Assembly (NCBI GenBank): GCA_001603005.1
Contig: LVAJ01000028.1
Location: 14,073 to 78,072 of the forward strand
DNA from: Clostridiales bacterium Firm_04
Lineage (GTDB): Bacteria; Bacillota; Clostridia; Oscillospirales; Ruminococcaceae
DNA: 64,000 nt
Direction: 5' to 3'
Position 1 is the first letter of the stretch; each line of letters starts with the position of its first letter. The notes beneath the pieces are model-generated. The model worked only from the letters and a program-made list of their open reading frames with translations. It searched no databases and had not been told where the DNA came from. Positions 33,456-44,300 of this stretch are shown here, one piece after another. Position numbers and translations under genes: made by a program.

Positions 33456-34406
33456 ATGGCAGAAACAGTTGTCAAGCTCGAAAATATGGTGAAGCGTTAC
33501 GGCGATCTGATCGCGCTCGATCATTTCAGTCTGGAAATACAGGAGGGCGAGATCTTCGGTCTGCTCGGCCCGAACGGCTCCGGCAAGACCACAACGATCA
33601 ACTGCCTGCTGTCCCTGCTTGCGTATGACAAGGGCGAGATCGAGATCTTCGGGAAAAAGATGTCCCCGACTGCCTATGACATCAAGCAGCAGATCGGCAT
33701 TATCATGCAGGACGTTGCGGTGTTCGACGAGCTGACGGTCTATGAGAATATCGACTATTTCTGCGGACTGTACATTCCGGACCGGAAAAAGCGGAAGCAG
33801 TATGTCGAGGACGCGATCCGGTTTGTGGGACTGGAGGATTTTGTGAAGTTCCGTCCGAAGAAGCTTTCCGGCGGTCTGCTCCGGAGACTGAATATCGCGT
33901 GCGGCATTGCCCACAAGCCGCGGCTGATCATTCTGGATGAGCCGACCGTTGCGGTCGATCCGCAGAGCCGGAACAGGATCCTCGAAGGCATCGCGGAGCT
34001 GAACCGAAACGGCGCGACTGTCATCTACACCTCGCATTACATGGAGGAGGTGGAGCAGCTCTGCACGCATATCGTCATCATGGACAAGGGCAGAAAGATC
34101 GCAGAGGGCACAAAGGATGAGCTCAAGCGCATGATCAAGAATACCGAGACCGTCACCATTGAGATCCTGGAGCTGCCCGATGCGGTGCGCAGGGAGATCG
34201 AAGATCTGCCGCATGTCTATGAGACTGCCTATCAGGACGACCGCTTTACGGTACGCTGCTCCGGCGGCAAGCACAATCTCATCCGGATTCTGGACGTTCT
34301 GCGCAAGCATGACCTGAGTGTCGGACGGGTGTATACGGAGCTGCCGACGCTGAATGACGTTTTCCTCGAAATCACCGGAAAATCGCTGCGGGACAAGGAG
34401 GACTGA
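33456..34406 (+). CDS. ABC transporter ATP-binding protein
   Basis: Walker A GPNGSGKTT, signature LSGGLLRRL and Walker B LIILDEPT. Confidence 0.92.
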   Translation: MAETVVKLENMVKRYGDLIALDHFSLEIQEGEIFGLLGPNGSGKTTTINCLLSLLAYDKGEIEIFGKKMSPTAYDIKQQIGIIMQDVAVFDELTVYENIDYFCGLYIPDRKKRKQYVEDAIRFVGLEDFVKFRPKKLSGGLLRRLNIACGIAHKPRLIILDEPTVAVDPQSRNRILEGIAELNRNGATVIYTSHYMEEVEQLCTHIVIMDKGRKIAEGTKDELKRMIKNTETVTIEILELPDAVRREIEDLPHVYETAYQDDRFTVRCSGGKHNLIRILDVLRKHDLSVGRVYTELPTLNDVFLEITGKSLRDKED

Positions 34407-34407
34407 C

Positions 34408-35538
34408 ATGTTTCTGCACAATCTGAAATATGAACTGTTTTCGACACTGCGCGTCAAGGATCTGATCATCTGGCTGATCCTGTTTCCGATGTTTCTCGGC
34501 ACGGTGTTCAAGATCGCATTCGGCAGCATCTACGAAAAGGTGGATTCGTTTTCGGCGATCCCGTGCGCCGTTGTGGAGATGCAGGCAGATCCCGCGCTGC
34601 ATCAGGTGCTCGATGCTGTCTCGGATGGTGCGGACGCGCTGCTGAAGGTGCAGTATGTCAGCGCGGACGAGGCGGATGCGCTGCTGCGTGACGATCAGGT
34701 CAAGGGCATCCTGAAAGCGGACGGCAGACTGTCGCTTGACGTCACCGGAGAGGGCTTGGAGCAGACGATGCTCCGCAGCTTTGCAGAGCAGTACAATGCA
34801 AACCGCGCCGTCATCATGGAATGCGCTGCCGATGATCCCGCAGCAGTTCCCGCGGTGGTCGAAAGCATGTACGCCGAATGGAAGCCTGTCACCGATCTGC
34901 CGCTGACGGACGGCAATTCCGACTATACAGCGGTCTATTTCACGAATCTGCTGGCAATGGTCGCGATGTTCGGCTCGATCACGGGGCTGCACATCACGAT
35001 CCAGAATCAGGGCAATCTCTCGAAGCTCGGCGCGCGGAAATGCTGCTCGCCGACGCCGAAATCCGTCAGTATCGGTGCAAGTCTGCTCGGCAGCATGCTC
35101 GTGCAGGCGGCCTGCATGGCGATCGCCGTCAGCTTTCTGCATTTCGTGCTGAAGGTGGATCTCGGCAGCAGGCTCGGCATGATCTATCTGACCGCGATGC
35201 TCGGCGGCATACTCGGTCTGGCATTCGGATTCTGCATCGGCTCGATCGGCAGATTCCAGACCGGTACCAAGAACGGCATCTGCTTTGCTGTTTCGATGTT
35301 CTGCTGCTTTTGCAGCGGTCTGATGGTCGGCAACATGAAAAGCATCATCGACCGCATCGCGCCGTGGTTCAACCGGATCAATCCGACCGCACTCATCACC
35401 GACAGCCTCTACTATCTGAATATCGACAGCGATTACCGCCGCTGGAGCCGCGCAGCGCTCACGATGACCGCGATGACCGTTGTGCTGGTCGTGCTCGGAT
35501 TCGTCATGTCAAGGAGAAAGAAATATGCAAGTCTTTAA
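34408..35538 (+). CDS. ABC-2 type transporter permease
   Basis: The ATG lies 2 nt after the ATPase stop. Architecture is an N-terminal TM, a ~150-aa extracytoplasmic loop, then 5 TM segments. Confidence 0.75.
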   Translation: MFLHNLKYELFSTLRVKDLIIWLILFPMFLGTVFKIAFGSIYEKVDSFSAIPCAVVEMQADPALHQVLDAVSDGADALLKVQYVSADEADALLRDDQVKGILKADGRLSLDVTGEGLEQTMLRSFAEQYNANRAVIMECAADDPAAVPAVVESMYAEWKPVTDLPLTDGNSDYTAVYFTNLLAMVAMFGSITGLHITIQNQGNLSKLGARKCCSPTPKSVSIGASLLGSMLVQAACMAIAVSFLHFVLKVDLGSRLGMIYLTAMLGGILGLAFGFCIGSIGRFQTGTKNGICFAVSMFCCFCSGLMVGNMKSIIDRIAPWFNRINPTALITDSLYYLNIDSDYRRWSRAALTMTAMTVVLVVLGFVMSRRKKYASL

Positions 35539-36700
35539 TGCGTTCACCAAGGTCATGCGGGCAAAGCTGCCTGCCGGCATCATTTATATCGTGATCTTTC
35601 TGGTGATTACGGTGCTCATGACCAATTCCGCCGCCAATAACGGCATGCAGGTCTTTCAGGGCAAAAAGATCGGCGTTGTGGTCTATGATGAGGACGACAC
35701 GCCGGAAAGCCGCGCACTCAAAGCATATATCGGCAAAAGACAGAATTTGAAAGAACTGGAACAGGATATCGACCGCATCAAGGATACGGTCTACATGGGC
35801 TGGGATTCGGAGATCAGCTATGTCATGGCGATCAAAAAGGGCTATGCCGAAAAACTGCATGCGGGCGATTATAACGATCTGTTCACGAATTACTACATGC
35901 ACGAGAATTATGAGAATGTCATGATGGAGCAGCTCCTGACCGAATATCTGAACACGGTCAGCGCCTATCAGTCCGGCGGAAAGCCGCTTTCCGAAGCGAT
36001 CAGCCGGACGGAATCCGTCCTGACGCAGGAAACTGCGGTCACGGTCAGGCACTTTGATGCAGATGCGTCCGGTTCGGATCTGCCGGCACATTTCAGCGAT
36101 TATTTCCGGTATCTGCCGTATATTCTGCTGTCCGTGCTGATCGAGGTGCTGTGTCCGGTGCTGCTGGCTTTGGGACAGAAAAAGCTGCGCTACCGCACGA
36201 ACTGTTCCAGCATCCGACCGACCGCATACTCTTTGCAGATCATTCTCGGCAGTGCGCTGCTTGTGGCAGGAGTCTGGCTGGTGTTTATGGCTGCCGGCGC
36301 TGTGATGTTCGGCGCGGTCTCCGGCAGGGCGTGGCTTGCGGTGCTCAACAGCTTTTTGTTCGCGATGATCTCGGCAGCGATCGCCGTTCTGATCGCAAGC
36401 TTTCAGCCGCCGGAGCTGGCTGTCAATCTTATGGCGCAGCTGCTCGGCGTCGGCATGAGCTTTCTGTGCGGTATTTTCGTGCCGATGGACTGGCTCAGCG
36501 ACGGCGTTGCGGCAGCCGCAAGATTTCTGCCGGCATACTGGTATGTGCAGGCGAACGATCTGATCTGCGGCAACAAGCCGTTTGACGGGCATCAGGTCTC
36601 TGTATGCCTGCTGATCGAGCTGGGATTTGCAGCCGCATGTGCGCTGCTGGCAATGGTGATCCGCCGCAGCAAGTATGCAAGCGCCGAGCAGATGACATGA
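35525..36700 (+). CDS. ABC-2 type transporter permease (second subunit)
   Basis: Overlaps the previous gene by 14 nt and has the same architecture (TM, large loop, multi-TM C-terminal part). Confidence 0.75.
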   Translation: MQVFNAFTKVMRAKLPAGIIYIVIFLVITVLMTNSAANNGMQVFQGKKIGVVVYDEDDTPESRALKAYIGKRQNLKELEQDIDRIKDTVYMGWDSEISYVMAIKKGYAEKLHAGDYNDLFTNYYMHENYENVMMEQLLTEYLNTVSAYQSGGKPLSEAISRTESVLTQETAVTVRHFDADASGSDLPAHFSDYFRYLPYILLSVLIEVLCPVLLALGQKKLRYRTNCSSIRPTAYSLQIILGSALLVAGVWLVFMAAGAVMFGAVSGRAWLAVLNSFLFAMISAAIAVLIASFQPPELAVNLMAQLLGVGMSFLCGIFVPMDWLSDGVAAAARFLPAYWYVQANDLICGNKPFDGHQVSVCLLIELGFAAACALLAMVIRRSKYASAEQMT

Positions 36701-36716
36701 TTTTTTGCAGACACAG

Positions 36717-36756
36717 ACAAAAGAAGCTCCCCATGTGCGGGGAGCTTCTTCGTTTT
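36717..36756. terminator. Bidirectional terminator between the ABC operon and the RTX-dockerin gene
   Basis: AAGAAGCTCCCC-ATGTGC-GGGGAGCTTCTT, flanked by an A-run and CGTTTT. Confidence 0.85.
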
Positions 36757-36772
36757 GAGCGGTATGCGCGGC

Positions 36773-39712
36773 TCATTCCTGTGCCTGTGCGAGCACCAGA
36801 CGCTTGAGGATCGTGAGATCCAGCGCATTGATGATGCCGTCGCCGCTGCAGTCCGCCATTCTGTGGTTCGGCAGGATCGTGCCGCCGAACAGATAGCGAT
36901 GCACGCAGACGATGTCGGCAACCGTGAGCTTTCCGTCGCCGTTTGCATCGCCGGTGAGCTTGGAGCAGAACGACTCAACGGATTTTGCAGTATCCGCAAG
37001 CGCTGCAGTCTTCCATGCAGTGCCGTCTGCAAAGACGATGTTTTCGATGCCGTAGATCGAAACGCTGCCGGTCATGTCGCGGACATACAGTGTCCAGTAG
37101 TCACCGAGCTTTTCTGCATAGACCTCATCCGGCGTAATGTCCTTGCCGAATTGCAGCGTGTCATCGGATTCGCCCCAGATCGAATAATCCGTCATCTTAT
37201 CATAGCCGTCGCCGTATTCGTAAATGAAGACGTCATCGCCGGTCTTGCCGCGGATCGTATCATTGCCCTTGCCGCAGTAGATGATATCGTCATCGCCGGT
37301 ATCGCTGAATACATCGTCGCCGTCTGTTGCCATGATGACCTGCCGTTCGATCAGCGCATTCACGCCTTCCCAGACCGTGCCGTCCGCAAACCGGATCTCC
37401 TCGACCGGGAATATGTTCGAGAAGCCGGATTCCTGACTGCCGGGCATGGTGATCGAACCGCCGGCTGCATCGAAGCGGAGCGTGAAGGAATAGCCGTCCA
37501 GCGAGAGGATGACCGTCACCTCATCCGGATTGATGCCCTCGCCGAGGATCACGACGTCGTGACCGCCGTAGGGATAGACGCCTCTGCCCTTCTGCTCGTC
37601 AATGATATCATCGCCGTCGCCTGCAAAATAGTAGTAGGTATCGTCGCCGTTTCTGCCGCTGAGGTAATCGTCGCCGGTGCCGCCGTACAGCGTATCCGCG
37701 CCGCCTGCACCGAGCACCTCATCATTGCCGGCGTAGCCGTAAAGCGTGATATTTGCCGTGTAGTCTTTCCGAAATTCTGCATCGCCGTCTACCCGCGCGG
37801 TCAGCTTGTCGTCCTCATCCGTGCCGTAGAGTGTGCAGGTCAGCTCCAGCAGCTCCTGACGCGTCCAGACGGTATCATCTGCAAAGAGGATATTCTCGAT
37901 CGGGAATACCGGAGAGATGCCGGAATACATATTGCCGGTCAGTGTGACAGTTTCGCCGGTCTTCATGATATGCAGCACGAATGCATAGGTGCCCTCGGTA
38001 TCGGAGAAAGAGACATGCACATCTTCCGGTTCGATGCCCTCACCGAACACGAGGTAGTCATTGCCGCCGTAGGGGTATGTGAATTTGCCTGTTGTCTCGT
38101 CAACAGTCTCGTTCCCGTCGCCGAGCGCATAGTAGAACACATCATCCTGCGGGCCGCCGACCAGAAGATCGTCGCCCTTTCCGCCGTACAGGAAGTCATC
38201 GCTTCCGCCGCCTGTCATCGAATCATCGCCGTCCATGCCGTAGAGATAGTTCGGTTCGCCGTCGTGGAAGATCGCACCGGGGTTGCCGCCCTTGATCGTA
38301 TCGTTTCCGTCATAGCCGAGGATATAGTTCGTGCCGTATAATCCGGTCAGCGTATCGTCGCCGCCCTTGCCGAAGATGCGGTTCACTTCCGGATAGCCGG
38401 TGTATTCGTCCGCTTCCTCTGTGCCGATGAAACAGTTGACGCGCCAGAGGATATCCTGATAATCCAGAACAGTGCCGTCCTTGAACCTGAGATGTTCGAT
38501 GCGGTTTGTCGCATCCGATGCAAATTCTCCGGGAATGTAGAGATAGCGCTCGTTGACGGGATCATTGATATAGAGATCATTGCCCGAACGGATCAGCTCG
38601 ATACCGTCCGGCGTGACATCGGTCTCAAAAGAAATCGTATCGCCCTGTTCGCCGTTGTTTCCGTTTGTCTCCTGAATGACGGTAAACAGCGGTGTGTCTC
38701 GTTGTTCCTTTGACGGAACGACATAGACATCATCGCCCGCGAACAGATTCACGATTTGCTCGCTGATGAAATTGAATCGCTGACCGATCGGAATCGCCGC
38801 GATATCGTCCGGCATTTGATCGACGCCAAGCACAGCAGTGTCATCGCTGACATTCCACAGTCCCATTTCTGTCATCGCCATTTCGATCTGCATGAGTGCA
38901 TGGAAGCGCTGATTGTTTGCCCACGCGATGTTTGTGATGCCGCGGAATGCAAGTGCTGCTGTATCCGTATAAACACCCATGTTGAGCGCTTCCAGAGCGT
39001 ATGCCAGATTTGCAGAGCACTCCGCCGCGGGGATCAGATTCATGCGTTCCGGCATCAGCAGAAGCGTCTGCTTGATCTCATTTGTATCTTCATCGCGGAC
39101 AATGCCGATCGCGCCGTCCAGGAAGTACAGGTGGTAGTAATCCGGCTCTGCGCACATTCTTTCAAATTCATCTTCCGGCATGCTGTTCTTGACTGCTTCG
39201 TAGAGGTAAGGGGCAATCATGTTGCGGGGGATCTTCTGATTGCCGAGCGCGATGATCTCCGATTCCACTCTTTCTTCATAAAGCTCTTTGTTGGAAAAGT
39301 CGATCTGCTTCGCCGGATCTTTGAGAAGTTCTTCCGCATATTCTGCGATCAGCGTGAACGGGATGGATACTTCTCCTGTTTTTTCGGCGTAGTAAGCGCT
39401 CCAGCGCTCCTGTGTTGCCAACAGATCCGGCTGATTCGCCTCCAGTTCGGTGCATTCCTTCTGTCGCTCCTCCAGAATGCGCAGTCCCTCATCGACGCGT
39501 GCTCTGACATTTGCGATTTCCGCAGCCTTCAGTTCCTCCGGCGTCGGCTCTGCGGGTTCTTTCGGTGTTTCTTCGGTTTCTGCGGTTTCAGTTGTTTCGG
39601 TCTGTCCGGCGCCGCCGGTTTCAGTCAGGAGTTCTTCTGCGAAGGTCGGGAGCGAACAGGCTGACAGCAAAACTGCGCCGGATACAATGGCGGACAATAG
39701 CTTCTTCATCAT
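36773..39712 (-). CDS. Secreted 979-aa protein with RTX-type calcium-binding repeats and C-terminal dockerin
   Basis: Signal peptide MMKKLLSAIVSGAVLLSAC. Many GGxGxD nonapeptide-like repeats (GKGGDDTLTGLYGTNYILGYDGNDTIKGG; LYGGKGDDLLVGG; LYGGTGDDYLSGRNGDD). Dockerin GDANGDGKLTVADIVCV and DCSGDGIINALDLTIL. Confidence 0.82.
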   Translation of the reverse strand: MMKKLLSAIVSGAVLLSACSLPTFAEELLTETGGAGQTETTETAETEETPKEPAEPTPEELKAAEIANVRARVDEGLRILEERQKECTELEANQPDLLATQERWSAYYAEKTGEVSIPFTLIAEYAEELLKDPAKQIDFSNKELYEERVESEIIALGNQKIPRNMIAPYLYEAVKNSMPEDEFERMCAEPDYYHLYFLDGAIGIVRDEDTNEIKQTLLLMPERMNLIPAAECSANLAYALEALNMGVYTDTAALAFRGITNIAWANNQRFHALMQIEMAMTEMGLWNVSDDTAVLGVDQMPDDIAAIPIGQRFNFISEQIVNLFAGDDVYVVPSKEQRDTPLFTVIQETNGNNGEQGDTISFETDVTPDGIELIRSGNDLYINDPVNERYLYIPGEFASDATNRIEHLRFKDGTVLDYQDILWRVNCFIGTEEADEYTGYPEVNRIFGKGGDDTLTGLYGTNYILGYDGNDTIKGGNPGAIFHDGEPNYLYGMDGDDSMTGGGSDDFLYGGKGDDLLVGGPQDDVFYYALGDGNETVDETTGKFTYPYGGNDYLVFGEGIEPEDVHVSFSDTEGTYAFVLHIMKTGETVTLTGNMYSGISPVFPIENILFADDTVWTRQELLELTCTLYGTDEDDKLTARVDGDAEFRKDYTANITLYGYAGNDEVLGAGGADTLYGGTGDDYLSGRNGDDTYYYFAGDGDDIIDEQKGRGVYPYGGHDVVILGEGINPDEVTVILSLDGYSFTLRFDAAGGSITMPGSQESGFSNIFPVEEIRFADGTVWEGVNALIERQVIMATDGDDVFSDTGDDDIIYCGKGNDTIRGKTGDDVFIYEYGDGYDKMTDYSIWGESDDTLQFGKDITPDEVYAEKLGDYWTLYVRDMTGSVSIYGIENIVFADGTAWKTAALADTAKSVESFCSKLTGDANGDGKLTVADIVCVHRYLFGGTILPNHRMADCSGDGIINALDLTILKRLVLAQAQE

Positions 39713-39829
39713 TTTCCATTCCTTTCTACTGTGAAATGCACAGTTCCGGATTCTGGCTGCCGGAGAAAACGGCAGTACGGTTTCGCAGGGAGTAATATTT
39801 TGTAGAAATATTGCCCTGCGGATAATGCC

Positions 39830-39858
39830 ATCATATCACAAAAATAAGTATATGTCAA
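39830..39858 (-). promoter_or_regulatory. Sigma-A type promoter (TTGACA-17-TATGAT) of the RTX-dockerin gene
   Basis: Minus-strand reading is TTGACAtatacttatttttgtgaTATGAT. It is followed by a long 5'-UTR stem, CGCAGGGCAATATTT...AAATATTACTCCCTGCG. Confidence 0.55.
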
Positions 39859-40049
39859 TAACTTTTTGCGCTTTTTTGGCTTGTGGAGCGAATTTCTTTC
39901 GCTTTTCATTACGGCGACTGATTTGCCAAATATCAGAATCATCCTTCAAAACGGTACAATCTTGCTCTTTGAAATGAGCCCAAAAAGACACAGATGCGTG
40001 CTTTGCAGGACACCGGCAATCCGGCGGCTTGTTTCTTTGCGCGGCTCCG

Positions 40050-40078
40050 TTGCAAATTTCGGCATTCTGTGTTATAAT
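40050..40078 (+). promoter_or_regulatory. Sigma-A type promoter (TTGCAA-17-TATAAT) of corA
   Basis: TTGCAAatttcggcattctgtgtTATAAT. Confidence 0.6.
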
Positions 40079-40129
40079 GGTACAGAACTGACACAAATTC
40101 CGCCGGATGCGGCAGATAAGGAGCGATCT

Positions 40130-41047
40130 ATGTATTATTATATCAAAAATACGCTGGAAAAAGCGGAAAGGCTGAATCTCAGCAAGAAGACCTATAAATA
40201 TGTGGCTGTCCTGACGTCCGCGGAATGGCTGGAGCATAAGGATCAGTTTGACATGGGCATTGAAATGGACATGGATCTGTCCGCGATCCATTCCACAAAG
40301 GCAGAGGTGAATTATGATTCCCTGACCGGAACTTTCTCGGTGCCGGACAGAGCGCATATCTCCGCGCCGAACACCAGATTTGCATTCGCGCTAGATGAAA
40401 AGGGCATCGTGTTCATTGATGACAGCGGCTATGTGCTGAAACGGATCGGAAATATCATCAGTACAAAGCGCTGGACGCTGCCGAGTCTGGAGCGGTTCCT
40501 GTACGATTTTCTGGAACAGATCGTGGCGCAGGATCAGGCAATTCTGGAGCAGTTTGACGCGGAGCTTGATTCGATCGAATCGGGCATTCTGGAAGGCGGG
40601 ATCGAGGATCCGTCCCTGCGCGTCAGCCGCATCCGGAGCGATCTGCGCGATATGCGCAATCATTATGAGCAGCTGCTGGATCTCAGTCAGGAGCTTGAGG
40701 AAAACGAGAACAATTTCTTCCGGAAGGATCACACGCGGTATTTTCACCTGTTTTCGCAGCGCGTTTCCAGACTGCATGACCTGACCTCGACGCTGCGGGA
40801 GTTTTCCATTCAGATCCGCGATCTGTATCAGTCGCAGCTCGATGTGAAGCAGAACCGGATCATGGCGCTGCTGACGATCATTTCCTCGATTTTCATGCCG
40901 CTGACGCTGATCGCGGGCTGGTACGGCATGAACTTCAAATATATGCCGGAGCTGGAATACAAAGCGGCATATCCGATCACCATTATCGTCAGTGTGCTGA
41001 TCGTTGTCGTGAGCCTGATCTTCTTCAAAAAGAAAAAGTGGCTTTGA
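40130..41047 (+). CDS. corA: CorA-family magnesium/cobalt transporter
   Basis: ATG at 40130 follows AAGGAG. The C-terminus has two TM segments with the YGMNF signature (GWYGMNFKYMPEL). Confidence 0.88.
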   Translation: MYYYIKNTLEKAERLNLSKKTYKYVAVLTSAEWLEHKDQFDMGIEMDMDLSAIHSTKAEVNYDSLTGTFSVPDRAHISAPNTRFAFALDEKGIVFIDDSGYVLKRIGNIISTKRWTLPSLERFLYDFLEQIVAQDQAILEQFDAELDSIESGILEGGIEDPSLRVSRIRSDLRDMRNHYEQLLDLSQELEENENNFFRKDHTRYFHLFSQRVSRLHDLTSTLREFSIQIRDLYQSQLDVKQNRIMALLTIISSIFMPLTLIAGWYGMNFKYMPELEYKAAYPITIIVSVLIVVVSLIFFKKKKWL

Positions 41048-41082
41048 AATCACCGTGCAGGATGCCGCAATATGATCGCTGA

Positions 41083-41130
41083 ACATGCCCCGCTGCGGAA
41101 TTGAAAAACGCTGCGGGGCATGTTTCTGCT
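41083..41130 (+). terminator. Probable terminator of corA
   Basis: ACATGCCCCGC...GCGGGGCATGT hairpin followed by the weak T-run TTCTGCTT. Confidence 0.5.
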
Positions 41131-41220
41131 TATATGTATGCTTCGTGCGAAATATTAAACAATTATGAACCGCGATTCTGAACTTGTATCAGCGGTTTGT
41201 TGAAAGAGAAATCAGAACAG

Positions 41221-41249
41221 TTGAATTATGAGGGCGCGTATGGTATAAT
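41221..41249 (+). promoter_or_regulatory. Sigma-A type promoter (TTGAAT-17-TATAAT, extended TG) of the giant LRR gene
   Basis: TTGAATtatgagggcgcgtatggTATAAT. Confidence 0.55.
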
Positions 41250-41319
41250 AAATTGCATTTTGCAGAAACCGGCGGCATTCTGTCCGGTCTGAACATGCAG
41301 ATGTGTAAGGAGGACTGAA

Positions 41320-44300
41320 ATGAAGAAACACCATTGTCAAATCCGGAAGATCAGCGGCGGGCTCATGGGCGCGCTGATGATGCTGTCCGGAACGGTCATG
41401 CCGTATCAGGGGACCGCGCTGACGCGCACAGAGCTGGTCATCGGCTGGACTGCGGAAGCGGCGGCAGCTGCGGCAGAGACAGCGGATGCAGTTCCGGCAG
41501 CAGCCACGACTGCGCCTGCGACCACTGCAAAATCCACAGCAACGACTGCGAAACCCGCGGCAACGACTGCCAAGCCTGCTGCAACGACCGCATCGCCGGC
41601 TGTGACTGCGCCTGCGGGGAAATCGGACGGTTTTGTGTTCGGGATCGAGGAAGATCATGCTGTGCTCAAGCAGTATACCGGCGCGGCAGCTTCGGTCACG
41701 GTTCCGGCATCGTATCAGGGTGTTCCGGTCACGGAGATCGAATTGCGCGCATTCCAGAATAACAAAAATCTGACAGCAGTCGAGATCCCTGCAAGTGTGA
41801 AAAAAATCGGCGACTATTCGTTCATGGGCTGCGATGCGCTTGCAAAGGTGACGCTTTCCGAGGGACTGGAAACACTCGGATACTACGCATTTCAAGGCAC
41901 GCCGGTTACGGAGATCTGCATTCCGGCTACAATCAAATCGGCAGATGAGCCGTTTGCCGGCTGCAAGTCGCTCAGCAAGGTGACATTCGGCAAGGGGATC
42001 ACAAAGATCCCGGATTATTTGTTTGAAAACTGCAGCGGACTGACAACGGTCACGATTCCGGAGACTGTCACGGAGATCGGCAGCCGTGCATTCCAGAACA
42101 ACAAAAAGCTGACGGCGATCGAGATTCCTGCGAATGTGAAAAAAATCGGCGGCTATGCATTCATGGGCTGCGATGCGCTTGCAAAGGTGACGCTCTCCGA
42201 GGGACTGGAAACACTCGGATACTACGCATTTCAAGGTGCGCCGATCACGGAGATCTGCATGCCGGCATCGCTGAAAGAAACCGACGAACCGTTTGCCGGA
42301 TGCAAGTCGCTCAGCAAGGTGACATTCGGCAGGGGGATCACAAAGATCCCGGATTATTTGTTTGAAAACTGCAGCGGACTGACAACGGTCACGATTCCGG
42401 AGACCGTCACGGAGATCGGCAGCTGCGCGTTCCAGAACAACAAAAAGCTGACGGCGATCGAGATTCCTGCGAATGTGAAAAAAATCGGCGGCTATGCGTT
42501 CATGGGCTGTGATGCGCTAGCAAAGGTGACGCTTTCCGAGGGACTGGAAACACTCGGATACTACGCATTTCAAGGTGTGCCGATCACGGAGATCTGCATT
42601 CCGGCTACAATCAAATCGGCAGATGAGCCGTTTGTCGGATGCAAGTCGCTCAGCAAGGTGACATTCGGCAAGGGGATCACAAAGATCCCGGATAATTTGT
42701 TTGAAAACTGCAGCGGACTGACAACGGTCACGATTCCGGAGACCGTCACGGAGATCGGCAGCTGCGCGTTCCAGAACAACAAAAAGCTGACGGCGATCGA
42801 GATTCCTGCGAATGTGAAAAAAATCGGCGGCTATGCGTTCATGGGCTGCGATGCGCTTGCAAAGGTGACGCTTTCCGATGGACTGGAAACACTCGGATAC
42901 TACGCATTTCAAGGCACGCCGGTTACGGAGATCTGCATTCCGGCTACAATCAAATCGGCAGATGAGCCGTTTGTCGGATGCAAGACGCTCAGTAAGGTGA
43001 CATTCGGCAAGGGGCTCACAAAGATCCCGGATAATTTGTTTGAAAACTGCAGCGGACTGACAACGGTCACGATTCCGGAGACCGTCACGGAGATCGGCAG
43101 CTGCGCGTTCCAGAACAACAAAAAGCTGACGGCGATCGAGATTCCTGCGAACGTGAAAAAAATCGGCGGCTATGCATTCATGGGCTGCGATGCGCTTGCA
43201 AAGGTGACGCTTTCTGAGGGGCTGGAAACACTCGGATACTACGCATTTCAAGGTGCGCCGATCACGGAGATCTGCATTCCGGCTTCAATCAAATCGGCAG
43301 ATGAACCGTTTGTCGGCTGCAAGTCGCTCAGCAAGGTGACATTCGGCAAGGGGATCACAAAGATCCCGCAGGATCTGTTCTACTATTGCAGCGGACTGAC
43401 AGAGATCACGGTTCCGGAGACCGTCAAGGAGATCGGAACCCGTGCGTTTGCAAGCTGCAAAAATCTGAAAAAGGTGACGCTCTCCGAGGGGCTGGAAACA
43501 CTCGGATACTACGCATTTCAAGGTGCGCCGGTCACGGAGATCAGCATTCCGGCTACAATCAAATCGGCAGATGAGCCGTTTGTCGGATGCAGCGCGCTCA
43601 GCAAGGTGACATTCGGCAAGGGGATCACAAAGATCCCGCAGGATCTGTTCTACTATTGCAGCGGACTGACAGAAATCACGGTTCCGGAGACCGTCAAGGA
43701 GATCGGAACCCGTGCGTTTGCAAGCTGCAAAAATCTGAAAAAGGTGACGCTTTCCGAGGGGCTGGAAACACTCGGATACTTTGCATTCAACAGCACGCCT
43801 GTCACGGAGATCTGCATTCCGGCTACAATCAAATCGGCAGACGAGCCGTTTGCCGGATGCAGCGCGCTCAGCAAGGTGACATTCGGCAAGGGCATCACGA
43901 AGATCCCGCAGGAGATGTTCAGCTATTGCAGCGGACTGACGGAGATCACGGTTCCGGAGACCGTCAAGGAGATCGGAACCCGTGCATTTGCAAGCTGCAA
44001 AAATCTGAAAAAGGTGACGCTTTCCGAGGGGCTGGAAACACTCGGATACTACGCATTTCAAGGTGCGCCGATCACGGAGATCATCATTCCGTCCACGCTG
44101 AAATCGGCAGATGAACCGTTTGCCGGCTGCAAAGATCTGACATATGCGCATTTTGCAGAGGATATGGTCAATGTACCGGCAAACATATTTCAGAATGCGG
44201 GCGGTCTGGAAATGGTGCAGCTTGCTTCGACCACAGCGTCGATCGGCGAGCATGCATTTGACAACTGCCGGAAGCTCAGCACGATCTATCCGGAAGATCT

